DNA of 64,000 nucleotides from Microthyrium microscopicum (lineage: Eukaryota): assembly GCA_010405405.1 (NCBI GenBank), contig MU004232.1, positions 1,445,481 through 1,509,480 on the forward strand, in the 5' to 3' direction. A program made the position numbers and the translations under genes. Each line of letters starts with the position of its first letter. Position 1 is the first letter of the stretch. Positions 38,716 to 50,818 of the stretch are shown piece after piece. The notes beneath the pieces were generated by a model. That model saw only the letters and a program-made list of their open reading frames with translations. It made no database searches and was not told where the DNA came from.

Positions 38716-40298
38716 ATGTTGAGCGCCGTAAGAAATTGTCTGGTTTCGCTATTGCCTTTGATGCAATCAAGCTCCTCTCCAAATGCTCTCCCAAAACCAG
38801 GTACGAAGGCGATTGACAGTAGCATACAACCAACAATAGTATATCCTGGAGATGCAATCGGACAGGCCGTCATAACACAGGCGCCTCCAATTCCACGTTA
38901 TGAAAAGCGTGGTCTCAACTCTTTCGAGGGATGGATTACCACAACATCTTCTCAATGTTAGTCTATATACTTCGCGAAACATTAGAGTATCGCTGCTAAC
39001 AAAGTACAAGATGCCGCCATATACTGTCTCACGAACCAAGAATTCGTCACCAACTCCCAATACGCACGATGTTGTGATCCAACAGTAAACTGTCCATTCA
39101 TAACAGCCTGTCAAGGATCAGTCCTAACCTTCAACGGCGGTTCAACCTCCGCCTGGTATGCCATCCCATCCCCCTCAAAAGAACCACGAACTAATAAGCC
39201 AAAAGTGCCAACGCCTGCGTAACCCATCGCTTCTACCTCTCCTACGGCGCCGCAACATACTGGACAGACTTTGGCTGCAACACCGCCTTCGGTGATCTCT
39301 ACTGGAACTCACCCCCCGCCCCATCAACAGCAACAACCACGAAAGCGACCACATCCACCATCATCCAAACAGCAGCCGGCAGCGTCCAAACCATCGTCTC
39401 CGTCCAGACCCAAACGCCCATCGTAACCCAAACCATAACAACCGCCAACAACGCCGCTCCACCCCCAAACACACCCACCGCAACCGCATCAATACAACCA
39501 TCTACCATAACCGTCGTCGCAACAAGCCAACAAATCGTCACAGCCGGCAGTAAAGTCTCCACCATCCCAATAGTATACACCACCCTCTCCGCCATCAACG
39601 CCCAAAACGGCGATGGATCCGCGACAACCTCTTCTGGATCAAGTACACCCACACTCACGGTGAAAGCAAGTAACACACCAACCATAATCGGCGCATCCGT
39701 AGGCGGAGCAGTTGGCGCCCTAGCAATTTCCCTCTTAGCTCTCCTCTTCTGCTGCCGAAAACGCCGTGCGTCTAAACGGTTGAGTTCGGCTACGAATAGT
39801 ACCGCCGTGCCTACACCAATACTCGCGGATACACCGTATGCCAATACACACTATACGGCGAATAACGTGGCATACAAACAGCCCAACATGTCTACCTACC
39901 CAGTCCAGCAACCAGGCGGACCAAACGTTTATGCGGCAGGTCAGTATCCGGTGATCAGTCCAGCGGCCAGTCCACCACCAGGCGGATATGCAGCACATGG
40001 ACGTACGCCTAGTGAGTTGAGCGCTGGATCGCCGGGGGCTGGATATGCGCAGCCGGTGGGTATGTATGCTGGGCAGCAGACTCAGTATGCTGGTGGATAT
40101 GCTCCACCGGCTGGGCCAGGATGGCAGCAGGGACAGCAAGGACAGCAGGAGATGTACGGAGGGCCAACGGGATATGCACAGACGGGGCCGGTGGAGATGG
40201 GAGTGCAGAGTCCGGCGCCGGTGGCGAGACAGCTGGGTATGCAGGCTGTGAACGAGTATCCGGAGCCGCCGGCGCCTGGTGGGCAGACGAGGTGGTGA
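38716..40298 (+). CDS. Single-pass cell-surface protein (Cys-rich domain, Thr/Ser stalk, TM, Pro/Gly/Tyr/Gln tail)
   Basis: Exons joined through introns at ~38958-39010 and ~39156-39204; RCCDP..CPFITAC; TM IIGASVGGAVGALAISLLALLFCC then RKRR. Confidence 0.8.
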
Positions 40299-41015
40299 AT
40301 GCTATGACGAGAGGGCATGGGAATAGGGGAATGTGTATATAAGAGCGATGACTTGGGTACACACGAATCACTGTGGATTTGAGTAATTTATAATGCATCA
40401 ATGTTGAACAAAGGAGTATGAAGGGTGAATTGGTTATTCAATGCTAGTTCTTACTAGCTGTTGTATTCCAACTTGATGGCCATGATAGTATAATTTTGAT
40501 GACCCCATCCAAGTAATGCAAATCCAAACCCAAACCAGATGCATTCTAGGGTCGTGAAGTGTGCCCGAGAGGGACAAGAGTCGTAATAAAACCAAACGCT
40601 GAGTTCATGATAAAAATAAATAGGAACCGCCTAGATGCAAGGAAGGAAACAGGTCGAGACAATTGCTGGTGACAAGAAAAAAGAGAGGTTGGAAGGAAAT
40701 GAACAGGCTGAGTGCTGAAAGATGATTAGGTACGTGTTTGGATGTATCCATGGCTAAGAAAGCCGGATCAGAAGGCTGTGGGTACTGTACAGGTGACGGA
40801 ATGAAAAGTTGAAGAAGGGACAGAGGTATTGGAGATAGCTGGGTAGAGGAAAGTAAGACCAGCTAGATATAGTCGACAGAGAAGTAGTAGGTAGTACGGA
40901 AAGAAGAATGTGTCGTTCAGGAATTGACACAGTATTGGCGAAATAGAAGTGCGATGTTGGATATGTTGAAGATAATCTTGTACAGGGGTTGATCGAGAGG
41001 AAATTAGGTTTTGGC

Positions 41016-42497
41016 TCAAAATTCGGTACTCCATCGCTTTTCCATATTGCCTCTTTCGGATCGAAGCGGAGCTGGGCCTAGCCACATCTGTTCGCGAGCA
41101 GTCTTTTCGGATAGACCTTTGATGAGAGCACTGATGTCGATTGACCCCATATCCACTGACCCATTAGAGTCATGGTATAAAGCTCCGTCCGTGGCGTCTT
41201 CCTCGGCATTCAACATTATGGCCGAGTCATTGTTGAAATTTGAAATGCGTTCGCGACCAGAATGAGAGTGGCTGTGCTTGAGCCCATCCAAAGGCCGAGA
41301 TGTTGGAATCTGCAGTTTCTCTAGATGTGCATTTCGAGAAGGAGCAGAGGTGAGAGGATTAAGACCAGAGGTAGTGTTGGCTTTACTGCGCAGAGGGCGT
41401 AGACGAGGCGAAGGCAGGGCTTCTTCATCAGAAGAGTTTGGGGAAGGAACTGAGGAGACGGACCGTGGTGACACACGAGGACTTAGGTTTTCGCTGTTGC
41501 GATTCATAGTCTGAGTAGAAGGTAATTGTGGAGAAAGTTTGGGTGACGGTCGCCCAGACGCGGTGTCCTGGCTTGCAATTGTGCTGAGATGCGGACGATG
41601 TACAGACTTGCGATTTGATGCTCTTGAAGTGGATCGATATGTGGCACGAGGACGCGCTATCCTAGACGGTGACGGGCCATCATATTCATAATCCGTATCA
41701 TCCTCTGATTCAGAAGTCAATTGTAGATGGAGAGCATTCGCGCGCTGCTTTGCTCGTTTGCCAGCAGAAACCGGCCGTGATGAAGGAGTAGGAACCCGAA
41801 GACCATGATCTAGAGTGCCAGGTATTGATGTTCTGCTGCCTTGCTTCTCCACGGATGGCCCTCTACTTTTACTCGTATTGTCAATGACAGTAACTCCCTT
41901 TTGTCCATTCATGAAAGCGACGGATGGAGGCGGCGCTTTCATCCATCTTCGATCTTCCGGCCTAGCAGGTATCATTGACACGATTGCTGGATGCATGTCG
42001 TTCACCGGAGGTATCTTATAAGATCTTTGTTTCCAACCGCTTCCAAATTCCCCATCATCCTCGACCTTTTCATCTATCCATTCAAACTCTTCTGCTGCTC
42101 GCCGATATCGTCGCTTTCCAGTTCCACTATGCGCTTCTCCGGGTTCTCTGACGCCATCGACTTGACTTATGCTTCCGCCGCTGCCTACACTTGCAACGCT
42201 GGTGCGGTTCGTACCTGGTCGACATTGTGAATCTTTTGTATTTTTGCGCGGTCGTTTCGCAGTTGATGAAGGACCCATTAACATCTCTTCGCGCCAATAC
42301 GCGTTCATTTCCGATGGACCGGGGTGTAGATATAAATTAGGATCCTTCTCGGCGGCCACTTCCATTGCTTTGCGATCGCGCTCGGCGGCCTTTTTGCGTT
42401 TGCGCATGTATTTAGCATTACTACATGGACCGCAAGAGACATAATAGAACAGGGCGGACTGGACGCCTCGGACGAACCAATGGTCGGGTATTATCAT
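41016..42497 (-). CDS. Conserved-looking fungal hypothetical protein, 493 aa
   Basis: Long intronless ORF; ordered N-terminal block QSALFYYVSCGPC...YLHPGPSEMNAYWREEMLMGP and PPVNDMHPAIVS..RWMKAPPPS; disordered Ser/Pro/Arg C-half. Confidence 0.8.
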   Translation of the reverse strand: MIIPDHWFVRGVQSALFYYVSCGPCSNAKYMRKRKKAAERDRKAMEVAAEKDPNLYLHPGPSEMNAYWREEMLMGPSSTAKRPRKNTKDSQCRPGTNRTSVASVGSGGSISQVDGVREPGEAHSGTGKRRYRRAAEEFEWIDEKVEDDGEFGSGWKQRSYKIPPVNDMHPAIVSMIPARPEDRRWMKAPPPSVAFMNGQKGVTVIDNTSKSRGPSVEKQGSRTSIPGTLDHGLRVPTPSSRPVSAGKRAKQRANALHLQLTSESEDDTDYEYDGPSPSRIARPRATYRSTSRASNRKSVHRPHLSTIASQDTASGRPSPKLSPQLPSTQTMNRNSENLSPRVSPRSVSSVPSPNSSDEEALPSPRLRPLRSKANTTSGLNPLTSAPSRNAHLEKLQIPTSRPLDGLKHSHSHSGRERISNFNNDSAIMLNAEEDATDGALYHDSNGSVDMGSIDISALIKGLSEKTAREQMWLGPAPLRSERGNMEKRWSTEF

Positions 42498-42990
42498 CGC
42501 GATAGGTAGGGGAGCGAATGTTTTGCGGGAGAGGTGGTGGTGTTGAGGGGGGACGTAGTAAAGTGTTTCTGACGTCCCCCTTGTTTGAAGGTGTGGTAGG
42601 ATGTGCAGTCACAGAAGGCACGATGCGCCAGGATTGGCAACTGCGTTGGAGGTGAGATTCCGCGATAGGAAGCTGTAGGAATTATGGCGGGAAGGCGCGG
42701 TGACGATGATGCTAGGTTACCGCTCTTGAAAACAACGTCAGTCGGCGATTTGATGATGAGAGGAATGAAAGCCGTGTATTTTGTATTATTTGGTGCATGA
42801 GATCAGCTGCCTGCCTTTACCAACAGTCAATTGCTCTTTCTCCTTCTTCAAGTGCCTCCAGATTCCAGACAGTCGAATAGCTGGGAGGTGTAGGAGGGTA
42901 GTGGTGATGTATTAGGGTGGGCAATAATACTGGAAGATGAGACTGCGGAGACCCTTTTTCGTTGGCGGCGCAGGGTATGATGGGTACCTG

Positions 42991-45900
42991 GAGGATAAGT
43001 TTTCGGACCCCCCTTCTTCGGACCCCCCGTCCTGTAGGGGACCCCAAAGGCGTCTAGCCTCAAATATTCCTTGTCAAAAGTTAGTACTAGCGCGCCATAC
43101 AAATGCATGACCCTGTAGCATCCTATAGTGGGATTGAAGGGCTCCGCTGGGAGGAACTTATTGCTAGAGGATTCTAGACGCGTTGAATCCTGAGTCTAGA
43201 TTGTGCTTAATGGCTCTACTAAAATATACTAATGCACGCGTAGCTGTAGCTTTACGAATTCCCTATTAAAATATAGCTTTTGTTAGTATATTATACCGCT
43301 AAAGCATCTGTAGGATGGGATGTTGAGAGATCTTGACTCTGGCATTGATGTCGCCGTTGCTTAGGATTGTGAAGGTAGAGGGTTGAGATATCTTAATATC
43401 GAGTTCAAAATATGTAAGAAGATAATGCAGATATAGGAATCTGTAGGGAAACATACCTGAATCATATCTGTATGCAATATAGGTTCGATTTTATGCCAAA
43501 TGTTGTGAAATCTCTGTCGATGTAGCTTTACCGCCGTTGATGTCTGTTGATGTTGTGAAATTGATTGGAATATCGTAAGGGGATAGGATTTGGTAAGGGA
43601 ATATAGCTAAATGGTATTCGATGGTGATTCTGGCATAAATATGTGAATATCTGCATCTAATGTTAGTAATAAATACCAAAATCTTGCTCTTCAACTTTAC
43701 TTGTTTAACTTTACTTGTTCTTATCTAATCTTTACTGTTTTAATATGGAATTTAGCCTGCCATTCTACGGCATTCGTGCCCCTTGAAAGCTGTTTGAAGG
43801 TGCAGTTTTTGAGACTTCTGCGGACTTTGACGATTAGGTGTAATTATATGCGTTGAAGGGGGGGTATAATTTGAAGAAGAATACTGGTTTAGGGTATGTA
43901 GCTAAATGATAGATTTATGACTACGCTGTCGTGAGATGCAAATGGCGCGCGCGTGCGACCTTAAAGAAGCGCTTGAAAGATACTAACGATATGGTATGGG
44001 TCTGCACGAAGCTGAATCCTGTAGAGAACTACATCTGCGTTACTATATCTACCCTGTTAAGGGCGTAGATATCTTAAACGCTAGTGTTGAAGCAGATTAT
44101 CATATAGAACGCGTATATTACTACTAGGACTGTACCCAAAGATGTTGTCGCGATGTTGAAGCACACTGTAGGTGTGGATGTGAGTAACTAGTAGGTTGCT
44201 AGAGTGAAGCGTAAGCTTTTTGGCAAATCTGTGGACGACTTTAGGGAGAACTTTAAGTTATTTCCTTCTTATCTCGCGTAGTTGATGTACCACAATCCTA
44301 CAACTATTGTGAAGTATCTGAGGGTTGAAGAGGGGTACTATAAACGTATCTTTATCTGTCCTTTTGTTAGTTGAATGACTTGGAAGCACTCGCCTAAATA
44401 CTTGACCCTTGATGCTGCGCATTGTTGAACTGGGTATAGTCTGAAGCTCGTTACGGCTTGTGGATTCGATTCTGAGGGTGAATTGGTTATTTACGCGTGG
44501 GGAATTATTGAGAGTGAGAATAATGACGCGTGGTTGTGGTGGTGTAAGAACTGTAAGATGGCAATGCTAGAGGTTGATATGATATTTGAAGGTAAGATTT
44601 TGATATCACATGACGCTAAGACCCCTTTGGAGCTGGTTATTCCGTTTCGTTTACCCTATTAAATTAATATTACATCTTCAAGACCCCTCTATAGCTCTAC
44701 TATAATATAACTTTATACTACTTCTACTACTTTAACTAACCTGTTTATAGGTCGCTAAATAGTAATTATTTCTGATCGCGATAAAGGCTTACAGAATGCT
44801 ATTCCCTTCGCTTTCCCTTAATCTGCGCTAGGCTATTGTGTCTTCTATTTGGCATAGAATATGAAGAAGCACTCTCGTAGCGAGCTCTGCGAATGACTTA
44901 CATACTAACTTGCTCGTACTAATAGTGACGTTTACTATAATTGAGTAATTTGAGAGGGGTTATAGGTTAATCTAATCTTTAAGACCTATGTTAAGACCTG
45001 GGGGGATAAAGCTCTTTGGAACTTCTAATACTTCCCTACGTCAAGATATGGTTATACTATATCTAATTTTAGTGAGATTGCTAACTTAGCGATGAAGGAA
45101 GCGCGCTACGAGTATCCTATCGAACTGCTAATTTACGTCTGGGATTGGGTGATGAAGAAGCGCGCGGAATGGTTATGAGCTGTAAACCTGAAGATTTTAA
45201 GGTTATCTTGAAGACGAGAGATCTTAATATAATATCTTACGGCTTGAGGGAAGGTTTACCTTAAAGATTCCCGTAAGTACGCCTCTAAATGTACTGTTGA
45301 CTTTAACACCTTTGAAGATGCCCTGGAAGTTACTGCTATTGTTATATATTTTGGCGATAATGAAGGTCGCTGTTATGAAGCTAAATACCGTGTTGACGTC
45401 GCTACTTATAGCTGTAGCTGTCGTCGCTGGTAGGATAATCTCTTTCCCTGTGCATACGCGTTTGCTGTTCTTTAAGATCCTAGGATTAGTGTTAATCTAA
45501 TCGACTTCGTCTACTACTTCTGGTTTATTGATAATCTGTAGTAGGCCTATCTTAACAGCACTAATAACGACGAAGTCTTTAACACCTCTACTCGGTATAC
45601 TATGACGCTAATCTTTATTAATGATTTACAGGTTATGGACGACGATACTCTGATTCCGCTAGAGTCTATGGTTATGTAGGGCCTAGATGCTAAAAAGCGG
45701 AAAGAGGCGGGCATAGGCTATTATGAGCTAACTCCTGTTGATTAGCGTTGTTCAAGATGTGGTGGAAAAGGGCATAATATTGTGTTGTGTCCTTCTTGCG
45801 ACGACCTAGAAGAATGGTAGAGGATTGTGGGTGCTTTAAAATCTGTCCTTTCTTTTGTCTTTATCGTCGCTTCTTTCCTTTGTCTCTGCTTGTATGGTAG

Positions 45901-46160
45901 CATTAAACTTTAATACCAAAATTTAACATTTTGACTAAAATCTTAGCTTCAAATCGATCCTTGCTAGCTAAGAATTGGTTAAGATCTTGCCCTCTAATCT
46001 CGCTAGTTCTGCTGTTGAATACGTCCCTGTTAGGCCCAAAATGGCGCCCGCTAACAAATTTGGTGGCTGCGCTATTACCCCTGTTGAACGCCTAAAATGG
46101 GCGTTGGGGTCCCCTGCAGGACGGGGGGTCCGAAGAAGGGGGGTCTGAAGACTTCTCTTC
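42991..46160 (+). mobile_element. Mutator-like element (MULE, Hop-like), RIP-inactivated, 10-bp TSD
   Basis: TSD TGGGTACCTG at 42981-42990 and 46161-46170; ~60-bp TIRs sharing GACCCCCCTTCTTCGGACCCCCCGTCCTG(T/C)AGGGGACCCCAA. Confidence 0.97.
43745..45820 (+). pseudogene. MULE transposase pseudogene
   Basis: TLDAAHC*TGY..AWGIIESENNDAW (~44401-44535), IISDRDKGLQNAI (~44765), SWIM CSCRRW*DNLFPCAYA (~45413), knuckle CSRCGGKGHN (~45750); intron ~44592-44750; many TAG/TAA/TGA stops. Confidence 0.93.
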
Positions 46161-47262
46161 TGGGTACCTGTTCCTTGTGCTTGGCTCTGGCTCTGGTTCT
46201 GCGCCAACTTCAAGTTGTATCGCTGGTTCTGGGGGACATTGTGACGTGTTTCAGACCAATGAAAGCGGTTGAACACCAGCTGCTCTGTTGCTACCCAGGG
46301 CCACCGTCTAACTTCCTCTCTCTGTCACGATCTCTCCGAATTCAGTTGCAGGTATATATTGAAAGTCTGGGCAAATTGCAATGAAAGAAAGCCTGAGCGG
46401 GTGCGATCAGTCGTGTTCTTGAACTCGTTACAATCCCGAAGTCCCCGAACCCATGCCGCTCTTGTCAGCAAAACGCTGCTGTTGTTGACGCCACAATACT
46501 TGGCATTTCTCAGCTACTTCTCCTCTCGTTGGTCTGATTCCAACTCAAGGATTTGTTCCTTGCAATCCATTTTCTTGTCCGACTGCTGTTGTCTTTGTTT
46601 GACAGCAGACAAGGATGTGTGACAATCTGATTGATGGATCATGGCACTGTTGTCTCTGCGTCTGATGCCCCGAGGCACGCAACCCCAAAACTGGTCCTCG
46701 GATACACTTGTACATCAATCTGCTAATAATATTTCCAGAGAGTTCACAAGCTGCGCCAAGCATGTTATCAAACTTCCAACATGACAGTAACAGACCCCTC
46801 TTGCCCAGGTATCTCGAGTTTAGACCGAGCGACAACAAGCGTATCATCTGCACAAGGAGTGGTTGATAGACTAATCCCAGTTCCTCCACGTGCATTATCC
46901 TCATATCGTCATACGAAACAAATAACTTCATATGTTCCGCCCTGCCAGAAGTTGCAACAACCTGCGGGTTTACAGTTGTTTGTATCATTCGACCAATCCT
47001 ACAGGGCGAGAGGAAGCATGAATCAACTCCATAACTGCCGATTGGTCAATATGCTTCGCTAAATCCAACACCGCACCCATCTTCACGTCTTTAAATCGAA
47101 TTCCTAGGGAATGTTTACAGGAGATCCAGAATATGGAAGGTCAAGTCTTCAATCCAAAAACTTTGTGTTCTCAAGTAAGTATTCTAAACATTTCAGCCCA
47201 TTTCATGGTTGAATCTCCCGACTTTCACATGTCCATGATACCATCATTTAATCCAGTACCCA

Positions 47263-49974
47263 TCACGAATCCTTGACATGTATCGTCAACTTCACCACCT
47301 TGCCAATGTTCTTAATGGCCCCTTTGGCTCCGTTTCCATCAATCATATCCCCATTTTGCCCTTCATTTTCTTTTCCTTCCCCCTTGTTGGCCTCCCAAAA
47401 CATCCCCTTCCGCTCTTCATCACCCCGACACCCAGCACATTCTATAAAATGTGCCATACCTTTCTCACCAATGCCCATCGCGGCGTATTCCGGCACCATC
47501 TTCCCCAGGTACTCTATATCCTCCCATATCGGCTCCAAGGAATCATCGCAGAAGGCCTGGTGGCAGAAGCGGCAATGGCTCAAGTGACCCAACATCGAGG
47601 CAGTCTGCTCGTAACAGACGCACTTGTGCTGGGCGCAAGTCCATTGCTTACGCGTCGGTAAGGGGAGATTGGCGGCAAGAAGGCACGACGTATGGTATGT
47701 GGTCGGGCAGATGTAGCAGCTGTTGGTTTCTGGTGAGGTAGCTGAGGTGGGGAGGAGGCAGATACGGCAGAAAGACTGGTGGACGGTGCATTGGGTGCGG
47801 TTGTTAGCGGGTGCGGGCTGTGCTGGGTGAACGGGAAGGACCGCTTTCAGAGATTTTGTGGAAAGAAAGGAGGCATTGAGAGGAGTATTACTGGTGATAT
47901 TTGCAACGGGCGGCTCGGTGTCGTTGCTTTTGGCTTCGTCGCTGTCCTGAGATTCGTAGCCTCGGGTTTTGCGAACTCGTTTGCTTGACACGATGAGAGA
48001 TTCATCCACCTCCCCGATCTTCCGCTTCTGCTTTTGAGCCACCTGGGTATTGTGGAAGAGCTGGGAATTAACAAGATGTTTCTTGCGTAGAAAGTCCTCC
48101 TCAGAGCCCATTGGAATGCCTTCGCTGATCTCCCCGGGCTGGCGAACCCACTTCTCGATCATCTCGCCTAGGCTCATGGCCATCATATCTTTGACGTCCA
48201 TGGGCTCATCCTCTGCCACACCCAGAGTGCCCATCTGAATCATATCCTGAAGCTCAGTAATTCCTAGCTTCTCGGTGCCATTGACGGTTGCATCAACTTC
48301 ATCAGCCGCGACAAGGCCAGACGTCATTTCGTTCTCGATTTTCTTGGACGTTGCAAGCTTTTGGTAGTATCGAGCCAATCCTTGTTCTTCAATGGTCCCC
48401 CGGGTGGTCAAGCGGTATACGCGCACTTCGCCAAGCTGTCCTTTGCGATGAGCTCGTGCTTCGGCTTGAAGATCAGCTTGCGGATTGAAAGAGTCGTCGA
48501 GCATAACGACATCTTGTGCTGATACCAAGTTGATCCCTTCACCGCCGGCTTTCGTGGTGCAAAGAAGTACTTTGAACGCTGTGTTGGGATCGCTGAACAG
48601 ACGGATGTACAGATTGCGAGTGCATCGCTTCAAGTCTCCATCAAGTCGAAGCCAATCGTGCGTTTTGCGGTCTTGGAAAACGCACGCCAAAAGATCTTCA
48701 ACACAGCTCAGGTTGTCTTTGAAGCATGAGAAAATTATTAGCTTCCGATTTCCTTTGATGACAACCTCATCGATGATCTTTTCGAGGCAGATCAGTTTGG
48801 CAGATGTCGTGAGGTAATCGCCCAAAGTGCGGTAGACTGTTTCGCAAAAGGGATCCAAGGTTACAGTGGTGCAAATCTTGATCAGCGATCGGAAGATATG
48901 CGTCAGTGTGCTAACAGCACGCCCCGATGTGGACTTTGCGCCATTCGAGTCGCCAAATAGTTGCTTGACATATGTCGAGTCCGCGTGGCGACGAATGGCG
49001 TTCAAATAAGCGTCGCGCTGGACTGTAGTAAGAGGGATGGAAATTCTATATTCCTTCTTGGGCGGTATGCTGAGAAATTCGGGGACATCGTTCTTTGTTC
49101 GCCGAATGACAAAGAGTCGAAGTAGCTTCCCGATATGCGAGGACATATCTGCCTTAGATCGCTCGTTCTTTTCCTTGTCGGCGTCCGAAAACTCGGATAT
49201 CGTATCTGGAGTGAATATATTTGGATATAGGAACGACAGAATTGACCAGATCTCTTGCAGGTTGTTATTAAAAGGAGTACCCGTCAGACAAAGTCGATGC
49301 TGACAGAAGATTTTCCCAACGACAGCGCGCTGAATGGACTTCGGGTTCTTGATTCGATGCGCCTCATCGATCACGAAGCACTGCCATCGCTTGGATCGGA
49401 AGAAGGTTTCTTCATTCAGAAGTACTTCGTAAGTGGTTAGAACAACGTCCGCGTCGGTAACGATGTCCTTTAGTTCATTCAACCGCGCTTTGTTGCCATG
49501 CATGAGAGCAACTTTCAATGTCGACCAGCGAGAAAACTCTTTGCGCCAGCCCTCCATCACTGAAAGTGGCACTACAACAAGATGTGCCTTTGGTCCAGCT
49601 GACGGAGTTGGCCAGGTCCCAGACTTGATCGCATCTGTAATCCATTGCATTATGCAGATAGCCTGGAGAGTTTTTCCCAAGCCCATTTCATCGGCGATGA
49701 CGACATTCAACTGATTTACGAAGCAATTGATGACAAACGATATACCGACCAACTGGTGGGGAGCCAGTTGATCTTGGCTGCGAACACCCTCAGATGGTGG
49801 GAGTTCTCTATAAACTGCGGCGGAGGCATGTTGCGCGAAATGCCGGATTGCGTTTGGTAAAGCTGAGTCTTTCGGGAGTAGAGCTTCTAGTTGCTCTATA
49901 TGGGGTAAAAAGGATGCCGCAAGGCGGCCCAGGTTTGCGTTGCCAGATGGTGCGTAAGTAATTTTCTGCGACAT
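47263..49974 (-). CDS. SNF2-family ATPase with C-terminal PHD-like Cys/His cluster, intronless, 903 aa
   Basis: ADEMGLGKT, DEAH, LTGTP, GGEGINL, QAEARAHRKGQ; C-terminal CRIC..CYICPTTYH..C..CAQHKC..CRFC..FCDD..ECAGC. Confidence 0.93.
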   Translation of the reverse strand: MSQKITYAPSGNANLGRLAASFLPHIEQLEALLPKDSALPNAIRHFAQHASAAVYRELPPSEGVRSQDQLAPHQLVGISFVINCFVNQLNVVIADEMGLGKTLQAICIMQWITDAIKSGTWPTPSAGPKAHLVVVPLSVMEGWRKEFSRWSTLKVALMHGNKARLNELKDIVTDADVVLTTYEVLLNEETFFRSKRWQCFVIDEAHRIKNPKSIQRAVVGKIFCQHRLCLTGTPFNNNLQEIWSILSFLYPNIFTPDTISEFSDADKEKNERSKADMSSHIGKLLRLFVIRRTKNDVPEFLSIPPKKEYRISIPLTTVQRDAYLNAIRRHADSTYVKQLFGDSNGAKSTSGRAVSTLTHIFRSLIKICTTVTLDPFCETVYRTLGDYLTTSAKLICLEKIIDEVVIKGNRKLIIFSCFKDNLSCVEDLLACVFQDRKTHDWLRLDGDLKRCTRNLYIRLFSDPNTAFKVLLCTTKAGGEGINLVSAQDVVMLDDSFNPQADLQAEARAHRKGQLGEVRVYRLTTRGTIEEQGLARYYQKLATSKKIENEMTSGLVAADEVDATVNGTEKLGITELQDMIQMGTLGVAEDEPMDVKDMMAMSLGEMIEKWVRQPGEISEGIPMGSEEDFLRKKHLVNSQLFHNTQVAQKQKRKIGEVDESLIVSSKRVRKTRGYESQDSDEAKSNDTEPPVANITSNTPLNASFLSTKSLKAVLPVHPAQPAPANNRTQCTVHQSFCRICLLPTSATSPETNSCYICPTTYHTSCLLAANLPLPTRKQWTCAQHKCVCYEQTASMLGHLSHCRFCHQAFCDDSLEPIWEDIEYLGKMVPEYAAMGIGEKGMAHFIECAGCRGDEERKGMFWEANKGEGKENEGQNGDMIDGNGAKGAIKNIGKVVKLTIHVKDS

Positions 49975-50818
49975 GATTGAGGGAGTGATGTTGTGGAGAA
50001 AAGAAAGTAGTCGAGGGTGTCCGCTGGGGAATTGCTCGTAGCGCTGCTGGTAATTTATTGAGGAGTAAGATTATTCAGAAGTGAATTTATGATGAAGAAA
50101 AGGCAAGAAAAAGTTCAGACAGTTCAATGTTGCGTGTGTTTTGGAAGAAGAATTTTGGGGTGATGGTGGTGAGAGATGTTGCGGCAGCAGTTGGTAGGAA
50201 AATGATGAAGAACTTGGAACAACAACAAGATCACGGCAACAAAGTCGAAATCCGGGGCCACGCTAGCAGGGATATTTCCACGCTCAGTAACAGTGAAAGA
50301 GGAAGGAGCGCCTACTGGAGTCACTGCCTCATTCGGAATAAGCACCTCAGCACAAAAGATGTCATCCTCCAGTGAGTGGCGGGTTGAGGTGACCGACCAG
50401 GACACAGTGGAAAGGCGGCGATTTTTCACGAGATTCAAAGACAAGCAGTTTATGCTCTAATTATGGATGCGATGATCCGAACATATTTGCTAGATCAAGC
50501 TATTTGGTAGGTTGTATAAGATGTAACTTGTGCGTATATATTGTTGAAAGCATGACCAGTGAGCGCTCGGGATGCAACAGTACTGCTGGAACTATTCAGC
50601 CAAGAATCTAATGTTTTGAACTCGAGTCTCTATATATCTTTCAAGTCATGATACGAATCAATATCTCTCAAATACGTCCAACTCGCCCAGTAGGTACTAT
50701 ACGTCAAATACAAACATCATACCTCGCTTGTCTCCAAACTATAGCAAATAGCATCCAAAAGTCCACTAACTAGGATCCATTCAATGTGAATGCCACCTGA
50801 TACCACGACAGTGACTAA

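Noticed and set aside
40000..40298. Gln/Gly/Tyr-rich tail as amyloid signalling motif
   Set aside because: Pro-rich low-complexity cytoplasmic tail typical of such membrane proteins; no HET-s/PP/sigma-like pattern or adjacent NLR.
43004..43030. TTCGGACCCCCC direct repeats, superficially CRISPR- or G4-like
   Set aside because: Internal motifs of the MULE TIR, mirrored at the other end; no spacers.
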